Shown: one piece after another, positions 1 to 10,289 of the stretch
Position numbering within the stretch: position 1 is the stretch's first letter
Layout of the letters: each line of letters begins with the position of its first letter
Assembly: GCF_030144855.1 (NCBI RefSeq)
Contig: NC_082719.1
Coordinates: forward strand, 88,784,001-88,848,000
Direction: 5' to 3'
Source of the DNA: Hypanus sabinus
Taxonomy: Eukaryota
Length of the DNA stretch: 64,000 nt
Notes under the pieces: generated by a model
Seen by the model: the letters and a program-made list of their open reading frames with translations, nothing else
Databases searched by the model: none
What the model was told of the DNA's origin: nothing
Position numbers and translations under genes: made by a program

Positions 1-245
1 CGTGTTGAAATAGAGCCCACAACTCCCATTTTCTCATACAGCTCATTCCACACTTTCACCACCATCTGAGCGAAGAAGTTCTCCCTCATGTTCGCCTTAA
101 ACATTTCACCGTTCAACCTTAACCTATGAGATCTAGTTCCAGTTTCACCCAACTTCAGTGGTGAATGCCTATTTCTCTGAAAGGATTACACTGTCTATGT
201 CCCTCATAATTTTGTACGCCTCTACTAAATTCTGCTTCATTCTCT
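1..245 (-). mobile_element. CR1 LINE 3' fragment (end of ORF2), truncated by window edge
   Basis: Reverse-strand similarity to the ORF2 C-terminal region of the CR1 copies at 32274-36033 and 58095-58570 (cattccacact...aagaagttc...cctcataattttgta). Confidence 0.7.
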
Positions 246-339
246 TATGATTTTATGGTTGGTGGTTGCTGTTACTGTTGTTGGTTATCTGGACATTGCT
301 GTTGATGCTCTTTTACCAGAAGCACTTGTGTGGGTGGGC

Positions 340-545
340 TTGTGGTTAGATGAATAATGCTCTGGCCGACAATTGTCCCTGAACAAGTATCATTAAATAA
401 AACAGATTATTTTTATTTTCACATTGCTGTTTATTGAAAAATGTTGTGTGTAAATTAACCATTACATTTTCTGTATACAACATTTCCAAAAGTCTCTAAT
501 AATGATAAAAACAGTTTGAGGACATGGGGAAGGCAGCATGTACAG
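340..545 (+). mobile_element. Degraded Deu-domain SINE (SacSINE1/AmnSINE-like) 3' half
   Basis: ctggcc...aaacagattat...tcacattgctgttt...tgtgtgtaaatt...ccaaaagt is collinear with the better copy at 57640-58046. Confidence 0.45.
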
Positions 546-550
546 CAACA

Positions 551-615
551 TGAAAAAAATCTTAGGCACGTATATATATATATATAGCTTGGGTGCCTAA
601 GACTTTGGTACAGTA
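551..615. mobile_element. Tc1/mariner-derived miniature inverted-repeat element with (TA)n core
   Basis: Inverted arms aaatcttaggcac / gtgcctaagacttt...cagta around a (TA)n run; resembles Tc1-type TIR CAGTACTGTGCAAAAGTCTTAGGCAC. Confidence 0.6.
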
Positions 616-691
616 GTCTTAGGCTGTATATTATGTACTGTAATATACTGTACATAACATATTATGTTAGTACTGAATATTATTTTTTCCC

Positions 692-1052
692 CATCACTAT
701 TCAGGGCCCCAGACAGTCCTTCCAGGTGAAACGACACTTCACCTGTGAGTCGGCTGGTGTGGTATACTGCGTCCGGTGTTCCCAGTTTGGCCTTTTATAT
801 ATTGGTGAGACCCGACACAGACTGGGAGACCGTTTCGCTGAACACCCATGCTCGGTCCGTCAGAGAAAGCAGGATCTCCCAGTGGCCACACATTTTAATT
901 CCACGTCCCATTCCCATTCTGATATGTCTATTCATGGCCTCCTTTATTGTCAAAATGAATCCAAACTCAGGTTGGAGGAAGAACACTTTATATACCGGCA
1001 GGGTAGCCTCCAACCTGATGGCATGAACATTGACTTCTCTAACTTCCGTTAA
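692..1052 (+). pseudogene. PLE GIY-YIG endonuclease domain (C-terminal part of PLE ORF; no RT, non-autonomous)
   Basis: FTCESAGVVYCVRCSQFGLLYIGETRHRLGDRFAEH...VATHFN...RLEEEHFIY..GSLQPDGMN matches the VVY-x-YIGET GIY-YIG signature of PLEs. Confidence 0.9.
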
Positions 1053-1358
1053 TGTCCCTCCTCCCCTTCTTACCCCATCCCTGACATATTTAGTTGTTTG
1101 TTCATTTTTCGCTCTCTCTCTGCCCAACACTCTGTCTGTTCTCCATCTCCCTCTGGTGCTTCCCCCCCCCCCCTCCCACTTTCTTTCTCCCAAGGCCTCC
1201 TGTCCCATGATCCTTCCCGTTCTCCAGCTCTGTATCACTTTTGCCAATCGCCTTTCCAGCTCTTAGCTTCATCCCACCTCCTCCAGTCTTCCCCGATCAT
1301 TTCACATTTCCCCCTCCCCCCACTACTTTCAAATCTCTTACTATTTTTCCTTTCAGGT

Positions 1359-1394
1359 AGTCCTGACGAAGAGTCTCGGCCTGAAACGTCGACA
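1359..1394 (+). ncRNA. Minimal type I hammerhead ribozyme in PLE pseudo-LTR
   Basis: GUC-CUGACGA-AGAGUCUCGGCCU-GAAA-CGUC^GAC: conserved core CUGANGA/GAAA, stem I GUC/GAC, palindromic ACGU in place of stem III, predicted cleavage after 1390. Confidence 0.75.
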
Positions 1395-1579
1395 GTGCTT
1401 CTCCTTATAGATGCTGCCTGGCCTGCTGTGTTCCATCAGCATTTTGTGTGTGTTATGTTTTCCCAGTTACCAAATTACACTAAATACTGCTTAGCTAATA
1501 CAAAGCTAAGTACTCTTATTTCTGATTTGCAACCACCTTCTTATTTTAACCAATATACAGTACTGTACAAAGGCTTTTT

Positions 1580-1655
1580 TCCTGGTTTGGTTAGTTGAAG
1601 CAGTTCAGATCATTGCTTGGCAGATATTTAGCTTATTGAGGGATCGACTTCATGC
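1580..1655 (-). other. Candidate terminal exon of an unidentified minus-strand transcript (3' extent unknown)
   Basis: Minus-strand acceptor gtattcacag ending at 1656 in non-repeat sequence; no clear polyA signal found. Confidence 0.2.
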
Positions 1656-2090
1656 CTGTGAATACCCAAGTTTTCTTTTTAGGACATCAAATGTAAGCTG
1701 TCCAAATTTGAATCACTAACATAGAAAAAAAGGAAAATAAAATTTCACCAAACAGTCCGTCACATTTTTTTTTTGGCAAGTAAATATAACAGTCCCTTTT
1801 TGCATTGGGAATTCCTGCAAAAAAAAAACAGAATGAGATTTGTTTGCTTTTAACAGTTGCCAAAAGAAATTCACCCGTAATAGTTAAAGCTCTATGCTGA
1901 ATTGGTGACTTGCCCACAGTTAAAAAAATGGAAATGTATTAAAACTTATTTTTACCGCTAATATGATCTTTAAGAATTAAGTTTAAAAATCAAGACATGC
2001 CATATATATTTTCATGTACTAAATAAACTTTCATCTCTTTTTTACTGCAAAAATGCCAAGATATTGTTGAATCATGGATCATTTGCTTAC

Positions 2091-2179
2091 GCACAAAAAA
2101 CAGATATAGTTCCAGTTTGAGATTTCAGCTTCCAGATTCCATTAGTTGACTTGACCCAGCTGCTCCACAAAGTAATTGC
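2091..2179 (-). CDS. Candidate 89-nt exon of an unidentified host gene (possibly carrying the stop codon)
   Basis: Acceptor ttttggttgtcgcctatcag and donor gtaagc; reads (S)NYFVEQLGQVN* or, in another frame, AITLWSSWVKSTNGIWKLKSQTGTISVFC. Confidence 0.3.
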
Positions 2180-2418
2180 CTGATAGGCGACAACCAAAAT
2201 GGTGAATTTTAATAAAATACTTGTTTCACTACAAAAATGGAAAGAACAGGACTTATAACTGCAGGTGCCAATCATAAACACAAACCATATCCCATTACAC
2301 CCTCATCATTTCTATTCACAGTGGTCCCTTTCCACTCCAGCCGCAATCTCTTTCTACTGGCCATCACAACTTCTGAACTTATTTGACCATATTTCCCAAC
2401 TTAATCACTCAGATTTCT

Positions 2419-2970
2419 CAAACAAGAGAAAATCTGCAGATGTTGGAACTCCAGGCAACATATGCAAAATGCTGGAGGAACACAGCAGGGCAGACAGCAT
2501 CAATGGAAAAGAGTAAACAGTAAATATTTTGGACCGAGACCCTTCAACAGGACTGGAGAAAAAAGATGAGAAGTCAGAGTAAGAAGGTGACAGGAGGGGA
2601 GGAAGGAATACAAATTAATAGTGAAACTGGAAGGGAAAGGGGTGAAATAAAGAGCTGGGAAATTGATTGGTGGAAGAGATAAAGGGCTGGAGAATGGGGA
2701 ATCTGATAGTACAGGATAGACGGCCATGGAAGAAAGGAAAGGGGGAGGAGCGCCAAATGGAGGTGATGGGCAGGTAAGGAGATAAGGAGAGAGAGGGAAA
2801 TAGGAATGGGGAATGGTGAAGGGAGGGGGAGGACCACTACCGGAAGTTTGAGAAATCAATATTCATGCCATCAGGCTGGAGGCTACCGAGACAGAAAACA
2901 AGATGTTGCTCTTCCAACCTGAGTGTGGCCTCATCAGGACAGTACAGGACACCATGGACTGACATGACAG
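2419..2970 (-). mobile_element. PLE 3' fragment (EN C-terminus, spacer, pLTR with degenerate hammerhead and tail)
   Basis: Reverse complement of 930-1452-type sequence; degenerate ribozyme cagtcctgttgaagggtctcggtccaaaat. Confidence 0.85.
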
Positions 2971-3084
2971 AATGTTTCTCAACCTGATCACTACAGGCTC
3001 TACAAAACTAATCACTTTAGGACGAATAAACCATGAGGCACAAAAATTATCTAAGCACTTAGAATCAAAATTAGATTTATCTCT

Positions 3085-3420
3085 CAAATATGTAGTGAAA
3101 TTTGCTGTTTTGTGGCAGTAACATAGTGCAACACATACAAATTACTGTAAGTTACAAATTAAACAGTGCAGAAGAGGAATTTTGAGATATTGTTCATGGG
3201 TTCATGAATTGCCTATAAATCTGATGGCAGAGGGAAAAAGCTGTTCTTAAAACATTGAATGTGGGTCTTCAGGTTCTTGTACCACCTGCTTGATGGTAAT
3301 AATGCAAAGAAAGCATGTCTCAGATTGTGAGGGTCTTTAATAACAGGGGCTATCTTCTTGAGGCACCAATTCTTGAAGATGCCTTCAACAGAGGGGATCA
3401 TTGTGCCCATGATGTATTCA
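3085..3420 (-). mobile_element. Rex1/Babar LINE 3' fragment
   Basis: IKDPHNLRHAFFALLPSSRWYKNLKTHIQCFKNSFFP matches the Rex1 C-terminal motif DPxHPxHxLFxLLPSGRRYRS...NSFFP. Confidence 0.8.
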
Positions 3421-3924
3421 GTTTTAACTAGTACCATTGGTCAGATTTCCAGATCCACTTAAGTTTTAATAAAAATTAATTAATATAAAATTAATTAATG
3501 CTGCAGGCAACTTAGATTGCTCTTTCCCCTTCATTTATGTACTGTAATTATGTACAATACAGCATATTTTATTCTTGGGGAATTTTTGCAGAATATGCTT
3601 GAGAGGAAAATGCATTCATTTACTAAATGTGGTTCTTGAATGTAGCAAATCATATATAGTTTATTGCTCATTATTCTTGAAGAAATTGTAGTAAGCTTTT
3701 TACTGGAGTTGTCATAGTTCATATGGTGAACTTCTTTCTAGTCCGTGAGGCAAACATCAGTCACGGTTTACAGCAAATAATTACCAGCAACACAGAAAAC
3801 TTGGACACATTTAAAATATTAACTGTTGATAGGCAGGGTGGTTTCCAGCAAGCTTATGTTCCAAACCTTACTTTTAATCAAATGAAGAGCTAGTGGCTGA
3901 GGTGCAGGATATATACAAAGAAAT

Positions 3925-4400
3925 AGACTCAGGAGCAGCCGTTTGGACTTTCTTGCCTGATCTTTTAGATGACGATTTAAGCTCCAGGCTGAATTAGAAA
4001 GGTCGGATACAGGTCGAATCGAGGTAACGGGGTCCAGCACCCAGAGCATTTTGAAGCAACAGAACCCAATGTTTGGATGATGATTTAGGTGCTGGACCAG
4101 ATTGAAAAGGCCAAGATGTTGGAGCCCAAGGAAAGGTATGGGCTAGGTCAGCTCACTGCTCTGCAATGCTTTCTTGGTTCTGCACTGAAACAAGGGTCCA
4201 TAGACAGACTCCCTCAGTAGACTTCAGTTCTGAATACTATTTGCTTGCTTTTATTGTTCACATAATTTGATTTTTTTCCTGCACATTGGATGTTTGATGG
4301 TTGTCTTTTTCCTAATTGGTTCTTTTGGGTCTCTTTGTTTTGTGGCTGCCTGTAAGGAAGCAGAATTCAAAATTGTATAATGTATACATATTTAGATAAT
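3925..4400 (+). mobile_element. Non-autonomous SINE-like element with Rex1-type 3' tail
   Basis: Body repeated at 9830-10245 and partly at 11460-11610; ends gataataaatgtattttgaattttga like the Rex1 tail at ~22600-22672. Confidence 0.6.
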
Positions 4401-4775
4401 AAATGTATTTTGAATTTTGATCGACCATTCAGTAAGATTATGGTTCTTCTTTTACATTGATGCCACTTTCCTGACTAACTCTATATACTTTTTTTCCATT
4501 TATGTATATGGGTCTATTGATCTCAGTCTTGAAAGTACCACAAGAACAATGGATGTCACAATCCTATCTAGTTCAGTTCAATAAAAGAACAACATTGATT
4601 GAGTGTCAGTGTATTTCTGATCTGTAGTTTAGCTGTTTTTGAACTTTCCATAGGTGAAGCACTGCAAGAGGAAGCTACAGTGCCTTCAACTGTCAGATAT
4701 ACAAGACTAATTCCCCAAAATGCAGCAATTAACCTGGGTCATGTCTTGGCACAGCTACAGTATGCTATGTCTTAC

Positions 4776-4823
4776 TTTTGCCATAATATAAACATCGGTC
4801 ACTGTAAACAGTAGATATATCAC
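4776..4823 (-). CDS. Candidate 48-nt exon of an unidentified host gene
   Basis: Branch-like ctaat, acceptor ctttttgtagtacag, donor gtaaga; reads (S)DISTVYSDRCLYYGK or VIYLLFTVTDVYIMAK. Confidence 0.3.
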
Positions 4824-5059
4824 CTGTACTACAAAAAGCTCAATTAGCTTAGAAAAATTACCTTAGCTGATTAAGCATTTTAAAATGCTGAAGCAAAACA
4901 AATGAAAATTTTATTCCTTACCCATATTTTAACCTTTAAGTTTATTTTTATACAATACTTTACTCTTTATAATTGTTGATTATTGATGAGTAAATGTCGT
5001 GCCAGGACCAAAGCACCAACAGAGAATTTTTAATACATGTAAAAGTATATGATGAGTGA

Positions 5060-5298
5060 TCTATTTATCTACCTCCTTACTTCAAGATACAGCACGTGAC
5101 AGTCCCTTCCCACCCAACAAGCCCACACTGCCCAAATACACCCATGAGGCCAATTCACCTACCAACCTATACATCTTTGGGATGTGGGAAGAAACCAGAG
5201 CATCTAGCAGAAACCCACACAATCCCAGGGAGAACGTACAAACTCCTTACAGACAGCAGTGGGACTGAACCCAGGTCACTGACACTGTAATCACATTA
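5060..5298 (-). mobile_element. V-SINE/HE1-type tRNA-derived SINE with CR1-type tail
   Basis: Reverse of the V-domain ggagtttgtacgttctccc...gggtttc...ttcccacatcccaaagatg; B-box-like gggttcagtccc. Confidence 0.8.
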
Positions 5299-6118
5299 CA
5301 GAAAGTTACATACATTCCCTCAAAAATTTGATCCTTGATCCTTAAAATCTAGTCCTTCCTAATATTACTTCTGCTTCTTCTTATATTCCACAAATATTGA
5401 TTACAAATATCCAGCATATTTATGACAAAATCTATTGGCAGAAGGTTAAATTTCATCTGTCACTTGTAGATGTAATTTCTCTGAGGCTATATACTCCAGT
5501 GCCTTTTCTTTCTGGTAGATATTACCAAACAAAACAAAAGAATTGTACTTTGATGGTTCATCTTGCATTGTGGATAAGACTTCAGAAAATAGGTATCTAT
5601 CAATGAATGACTTCTTTTGTGTAGTCACTGTTGTAATGGAGGAACATAACAGATAATTTCCACGTGATGTTCTTACACAGGGAGGAATCTTATAAATGCA
5701 AAGATAACTGTTTATATTACATGAAGAATAAATATTCAGAATCAGGATCGGTTCAATATCACTGGCATATGCTGTGCAACTTGTTGTTTTGTAATAACAG
5801 TATATCATAATGCATAATAATAAAAAACTGTGAATTACAATATGAAGTCTATATTAGAAATTAATTTCAATAAGAGTAAAAAGAAAAAATAGTGAGGTAG
5901 TGTACATGGGTTTATTGTCCATTCAGAAATCTAATGGCATAGGGGAAGAAGCTGGTCAAAACTTTGTGTGTCTGTCTTCAAGTTCTGATACTAACTCCTT
6001 GTTGGTACCGATGGGAAGAGGGCATGTCCTGGATGATGGGGTCCATAATGATGGATGCCACATTTTTGAGTCATTGCCTTTTGAATTTGTTTTCAATGCT
6101 GGGGAGGCTACTGCCCAT

Positions 6119-6305
6119 CACACAAAATGCTGGAGGAACTCAGCAGGCCAGGAAGCATCTATGGAAAAAAGAACAGTTAACATTTTGGACCGAAACATCG
6201 ACTGTACTCTTTTTCCATAGATGCTGCCTGGAGTGATGAGTTCCTCTAGCATTTTGTGTGTGTTGTTTGGATTTCCAGCATCTGCAGATTTTCTCTTGTT
6301 TGTTC
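6119..6305. mobile_element. Palindromic mini-PLE (two inverted pLTR halves)
   Basis: Arms cacaaaatgctggaggaactca... / ...tgagttcctctagcattttgtg; TSD aggctactgcccat (6105-6118) / aggctagtgctcat (6306-6319). Confidence 0.85.
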
Positions 6306-6390
6306 AGGCTAGTGCTCATGATGGAACTGGCTGAGTATACAACTTTCTGCAGATTTTTCTGATCCTTTATAGTGGCTCCTCCATACCAGA

Positions 6391-6764
6391 GGTTTCAAAG
6401 GTACATTTAATGTCAAAGAAATGTATACAATAAATCCTGAAATGCTTTTTCTTTATAACCATCCACGAAAACAGAGAAGTGACCCCAAAGAATGGAAGAC
6501 AGTTAAATGTTAGAACCCCAAAGTCCCCCCCCCCAGCTTCCCTTCTCCCCGCATAAGTGGCAGTGAGAAACAATCCCCCCCTTCACCCACCAGCAAAAAC
6601 AACTATCGGCGCCCATGCACCCACCACCAAGCACTCAATCCTGAGCAAGGCAACAGCAAAGACACAGATTTGCAGTTACCTCAAAGACATATTGTTCACC
6701 CAGCATTCGATGTACCACAGTCTCCCCCTCTCTGTAATAAGGGAGAAAGAGATGTCTCCATTTC
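6391..6764 (-). mobile_element. SINE-like retroelement with Rex1-type tail, nested in Rex1
   Basis: Begins with reverse tail ggtttcaaaggtacatttaatgtc; flanked by 6-bp direct repeat accaga (6385-6390 / 6765-6770). Confidence 0.6.
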
Positions 6765-6807
6765 ACCAGATGGTGATACAACCAGTTAGATTGCTCTCCA
6801 TGATATA

Positions 6808-6866
6808 ACCATATAACAATCACAGCACGGAAACAGGCCATCTCGGCCCTTCTAGTCCGTGTCAAC
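6808..6866 (-). mobile_element. Very short CR1-type 3' tail insertion
   Basis: aaccatataacaatcacagcacggaaacaggccatctcggccc is the reverse of a CR1 3'UTR hairpin and tail; interrupts Rex1. Confidence 0.6.
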
Positions 6867-7052
6867 TATATCTGTAGAAATTTATGAGAATCCTTGATGA
6901 CATACCAAGTCTCTTCAAACTCTTATTGAAATGTAGCTGCAGTCATGCCTTTTTTGTAATTGCATCAATATGTTGGACACAGGTTGGATCTTCAGTGATG
7001 GTGACAGCCAGGAACTTGGCATGAACATTGGAAGAAGCTCACTTGCACTTAC

Positions 7053-7137
7053 TTGAAGAGATTTTTACATTACTTGAGGTGGTAACAAACATCCCATTTG
7101 AAAATTGCAGTGGTCCCTGCAATATCTGGAGTGAGAC
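7053..7137 (-). CDS. Candidate 85-nt exon of an unidentified host gene
   Basis: Branch-like ctgat, acceptor gtttgttgttcag, donor gtaagt; the only open frame is VSLQILQGPLQFSNGMFVTTSSNVKISS, ending in phase 1 and compatible with 4776-4823. Confidence 0.3.
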
Positions 7138-7674
7138 CTGAACAACAAACTTCTACATCAGTGCTAAAACTGTAATTATGGTAAAATTGGCAATTTTAAA
7201 GTTTTTACAAATTCATTTTACAAGATTCACACCATAATTCCTTGTATTTTCTGATACACATGGCCATTTACTCACACATTTCTGGAATTTTATCATTCTC
7301 ACCCTGGGTTAAATCTTAGCATATAAGCACTCCAGCCATACAAGTCTTGAACATACCGGTGCTTCCAAAGGTATGAACACTTTCACATAGTGATTTTTCA
7401 CTATCCCATTATTGATGACTGTGTTTCTTCCCTTCTGGAGTTCCTCAGCCATCCTATTTCTCTGAATTCCTTTTCTCTTTTAAAGTATTCTCTAGTATTT
7501 ATTCTCATATCTAGCCCTCTGAATCCTTATTCTGTTATTCCTTAACAAATCAAATTTTATTTCAGCAACACTCTTTCTGAAGCAGTTTCAGAAGTTTAAG
7601 TCAATTAAAGATATTACTAAAAATATAGTTTTTCTAGCAGTCAAATATTAATCTGCTTAATTTTTATACAGTAT

Positions 7675-8195
7675 ACAGACATATAAATTAGGAGAAGGAG
7701 TAAGCCACTCAACTCATCAAGTCTGGCTGACCTGATTACAACTTTAGCTCCATATTCCTATCCACCAGTAGTCACTTCTCACCATTTTAATAATTGATTA
7801 CCCTTCAACCTCTCCTTGAAAATATTTGACAAATCCATTTTCACTGCCCTTTGAGGAGAAGAGTTCCAAAGACTCACACAGCCTAGAAGCATCTTAAATG
7901 AGCAACATTTACTTTAAACATTGATACCTCATTCTTGATTCTTTTGCAAAAGGGAGCTTCCTCTCCCTTGTCAAATTGCCTTAGGACTTTGGCAATCTTC
8001 AATCAAGTCAAAATGGAGAAAGATGTTTACACAGGGAGTGTGGTGGGGGTCTTTGTATGAGCTGCCAAGGTTTGTGGTGGAAGTAAATGTGACAGTGGTG
8101 TTTAAGAGGTTATTAGATAGATGAGTGATGTGTAGGGAATGGAGAGATATGGAAGATATACCAGCAAAGGAGGTTTAGTATTATTTGGCATCATT
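7675..8195. mobile_element. Two old CR1 3' fragments (minus ~7675-8000, plus ~8015-8195)
   Basis: aaattaggagaaggagtaagccactc (reverse CR1 tail) and tttaagagg.tattagatagat...agggaatggagagatatgg. Confidence 0.55.
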
Positions 8196-8199
8196 TAAC

Positions 8200-9660
8200 T
8201 TCCAGAGACAGCAACATATCAATGTACATGGACAAGTCATCAATCAATAAACATGCTTTCACAATACCAATGTTTGCTTGATTTTTTTTCTTTCTGTTTT
8301 AAGTAACAGCCCATAACTAGCTTCACTATATTCAAGATCCAGTCTTTTGGGTGGTGCTTTATTTCTTTCAGGATGGTGACTCTGGACATGTGGAGTGGCA
8401 GTACGTTTGGTAGGTGCCTTGTCAAAGACAACTTTCTCTGTTGCCACTGTCACGCTGCTGTTGGTGACATGATCATCAATAAGAGGTTAGTCTGGTAGAT
8501 GCAATGTGTCCATCTTGTTGGATGCAATTGACTCAGGTGTGTTCTTCGGGTAAGCATCCAGTATCTGGTCCACATGACATCTCCATGTATGATCTCCAAC
8601 ATTTACTGTGTCCATCTTGGTTCTCGTAGCTATCCTACTGGGTGTCCACTTGTCTTCTCGATAATCATGTGTTAGGACTTCCTGTCCAACCTCAAAGCTC
8701 CTTGCTGATTTACTTGGCAACTGGCTGAACTGTTTATTCTGCACTTCATTCCATAGATCAGGTTTCAGGAGGTCTATGCAAGATCTCAGATTCCTGTTCA
8801 TGAATAGCATTGAAGATGTTTAATTTGTCATAACATCAACATAGTTCCGATACACAAAAAGGATGTTATCTATCTTGTGCTGAAGAAAATGTCTTCTTCG
8901 TCTATAGCTTTAATGGACTTTTTGAAGGTTTGGATAAACCTTTCAGCATTCATTGCTGGGTAGTTAGCAGCTGAACAGAACAGTTTGATGCCATTTATCT
9001 TCAGGAATAGTCTGAGCACTTCTGAAGTGTATTTTGGTCCATTGTCACTCACAATTTGTGCAGATAAGCCACTTCTGGAGAAGATAGTCCTCAGATTGTA
9101 AACAGCCCTTTCTGATGTGGTTGACTTCATTGGTATGCCCTCAGGCCACTTCGAATGAGCATCCACAGCAAATAGAAGCATGGAATTCACGAATGGCCCG
9201 GCAAAGTCAATAAGCACAATGGAAGATGGATCTGAACATCTGATTGAATTTGCTTCAAGATCACTGGTGACCGCAGAACACAGCAATACACAGACTGACC
9301 AAAAGGCCCTTAGTCTGGTGAAGATGGCCACTCCCACTGGAGTAAAGGTGCCTCTGGGGGTGCACGTTGAACATTGTGCCATTCCAACCAGCTTTTGGAC
9401 AATCTCTCTATCTATTTTTATACTGCAAAAAATACCGGGAAATGTGTTGCTTGGGTGAACAACCAACACTCGCGAGGATGTGCTAGAGTCAGCTTGCAAT
9501 ATTCGCCACATGTTCTGGTGTCACATAACATCTCACTAGTATTTGGCAGAACAGCACAGAAAATAACAAACTATGAAATGAGCAAAACAAACTCCTTTCT
9601 TCCTCGCCACTGGCTTGGATGCAGACATTAGGTCTTTGATTTCCACAGCAGACTTGCAGA
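8200..9660 (-). mobile_element. Gypsy-superfamily LTR retrotransposon remnant: integrase, pol C-terminus and partial 3' LTR
   Basis: APPEAPLLQWEWP, IDFAGPF...VDAHSKWPE...IVSDNGP...AERFIQTFK integrase core, WRCHVDQI, PERNKAPPKRLDL; 8200-8250 matches the LTR-like sequence at 11660-11710. Confidence 0.9.
9213..9320 (+). pseudogene. Gypsy RNase H fragment lying inverted inside the integrase
   Basis: MEDGSEHLIEFASRSLVTAEHSNTQTDQKALSLV resembles the Gypsy RNase H motif DGSERPIAFASRSLTxAExNYAQIDxEALxLV. Confidence 0.8.
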
Positions 9661-9829
9661 GATTCGCAGACTTGTGGAACATAGAAGCAATTAGAGATTG
9701 GCATGGACAGATGACTAAGTGCCTACCAAGAGACAGAGTGTAAGCATAAATGTTTCTGTTTCAGTTTATCATGATGGAATGAGTAGCACATCATAGGGTT
9801 TGGTGCTGGCATTTCAATGGAGAGCAAGG

Positions 9830-10245
9830 AATGAACCAATGTTTGGCTGATTTAAGCACTGGGCTAGATTGAAAAGGTCAGGGTATCAGGGCCGGAGGCA
9901 AGGAACAGGCCAGTATTCAGCTCGCTACTTGGCAAGACTTCCTCATCTCTATCCTGAACTGAAGCTGTGGCCTGCAACTAACAGGCTACCAGACTGGCTG
10001 CAGCAATGACTGGCTTCGTGACTGTGAACTTACTTTTGTGAACATTGGTTCTGAATGTTATTTGCTTACTTTTTATTGTTTGCATAATTTTTTTCTTTCT
10101 TTTTGCAGATTAGGTATTTACAAGTCTTCTTTTTGATTGACTTCTGTTGAGCTTCTCTGTTTTGTGGTTGCCTGTAAGGAGATAAATCTCAAGGTTATAT
10201 AATGTATATGTATTTGATAACAAATGTACTTTGAACTTTGAACTT
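9830..10245 (+). mobile_element. Second copy of SINE-like element with Rex1-type tail
   Basis: Collinear with ~4060-4400; tail aaatgtactttgaactttgaac. Confidence 0.65.
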
Positions 10246-10289
10246 TTCACACTTTCTATAAATGTCATTTTTCTATGCGTGCACCAGGG

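Larger units (their letters stand above)
692..1452 (+). mobile_element. 5'-truncated Penelope-like element (PLE): GIY-YIG endonuclease end, pyrimidine-rich spacer and pseudo-LTR
   Basis: GIY-YIG ORF followed by a C/T-rich tract and pLTR with hammerhead; possible 12-bp TSD ttattttttccc (680-691) / ttatgttttccc (1453-1464), 1 mismatch. Confidence 0.9.
5737..7018 (-). mobile_element. Rex1/Babar LINE 3' portion, interrupted by three younger insertions
   Basis: (CTGATT)n tail at ~5737; collinear with the Rex1 at 26950-28108 once 6119-6305, 6391-6764 and 6808-6866 are removed. Confidence 0.8.

Noticed and set aside
633-1052. 139-aa ORF as a host nuclease gene
   Set aside because: The N-terminal ~20 aa are flanking AT-rich DNA; the rest is a truncated PLE endonuclease followed by the pLTR.
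4599-4814. Plus-strand exon or ORF after ttccatag acceptor
   Set aside because: No matching donor, partner exons or recognisable homology.
7053-7137. Resemblance of ...QILQGPLQ to the SMAD MH2 C-terminus (HLHGPLQW)
   Set aside because: Only a few matching residues, and the downstream sequence does not fit.
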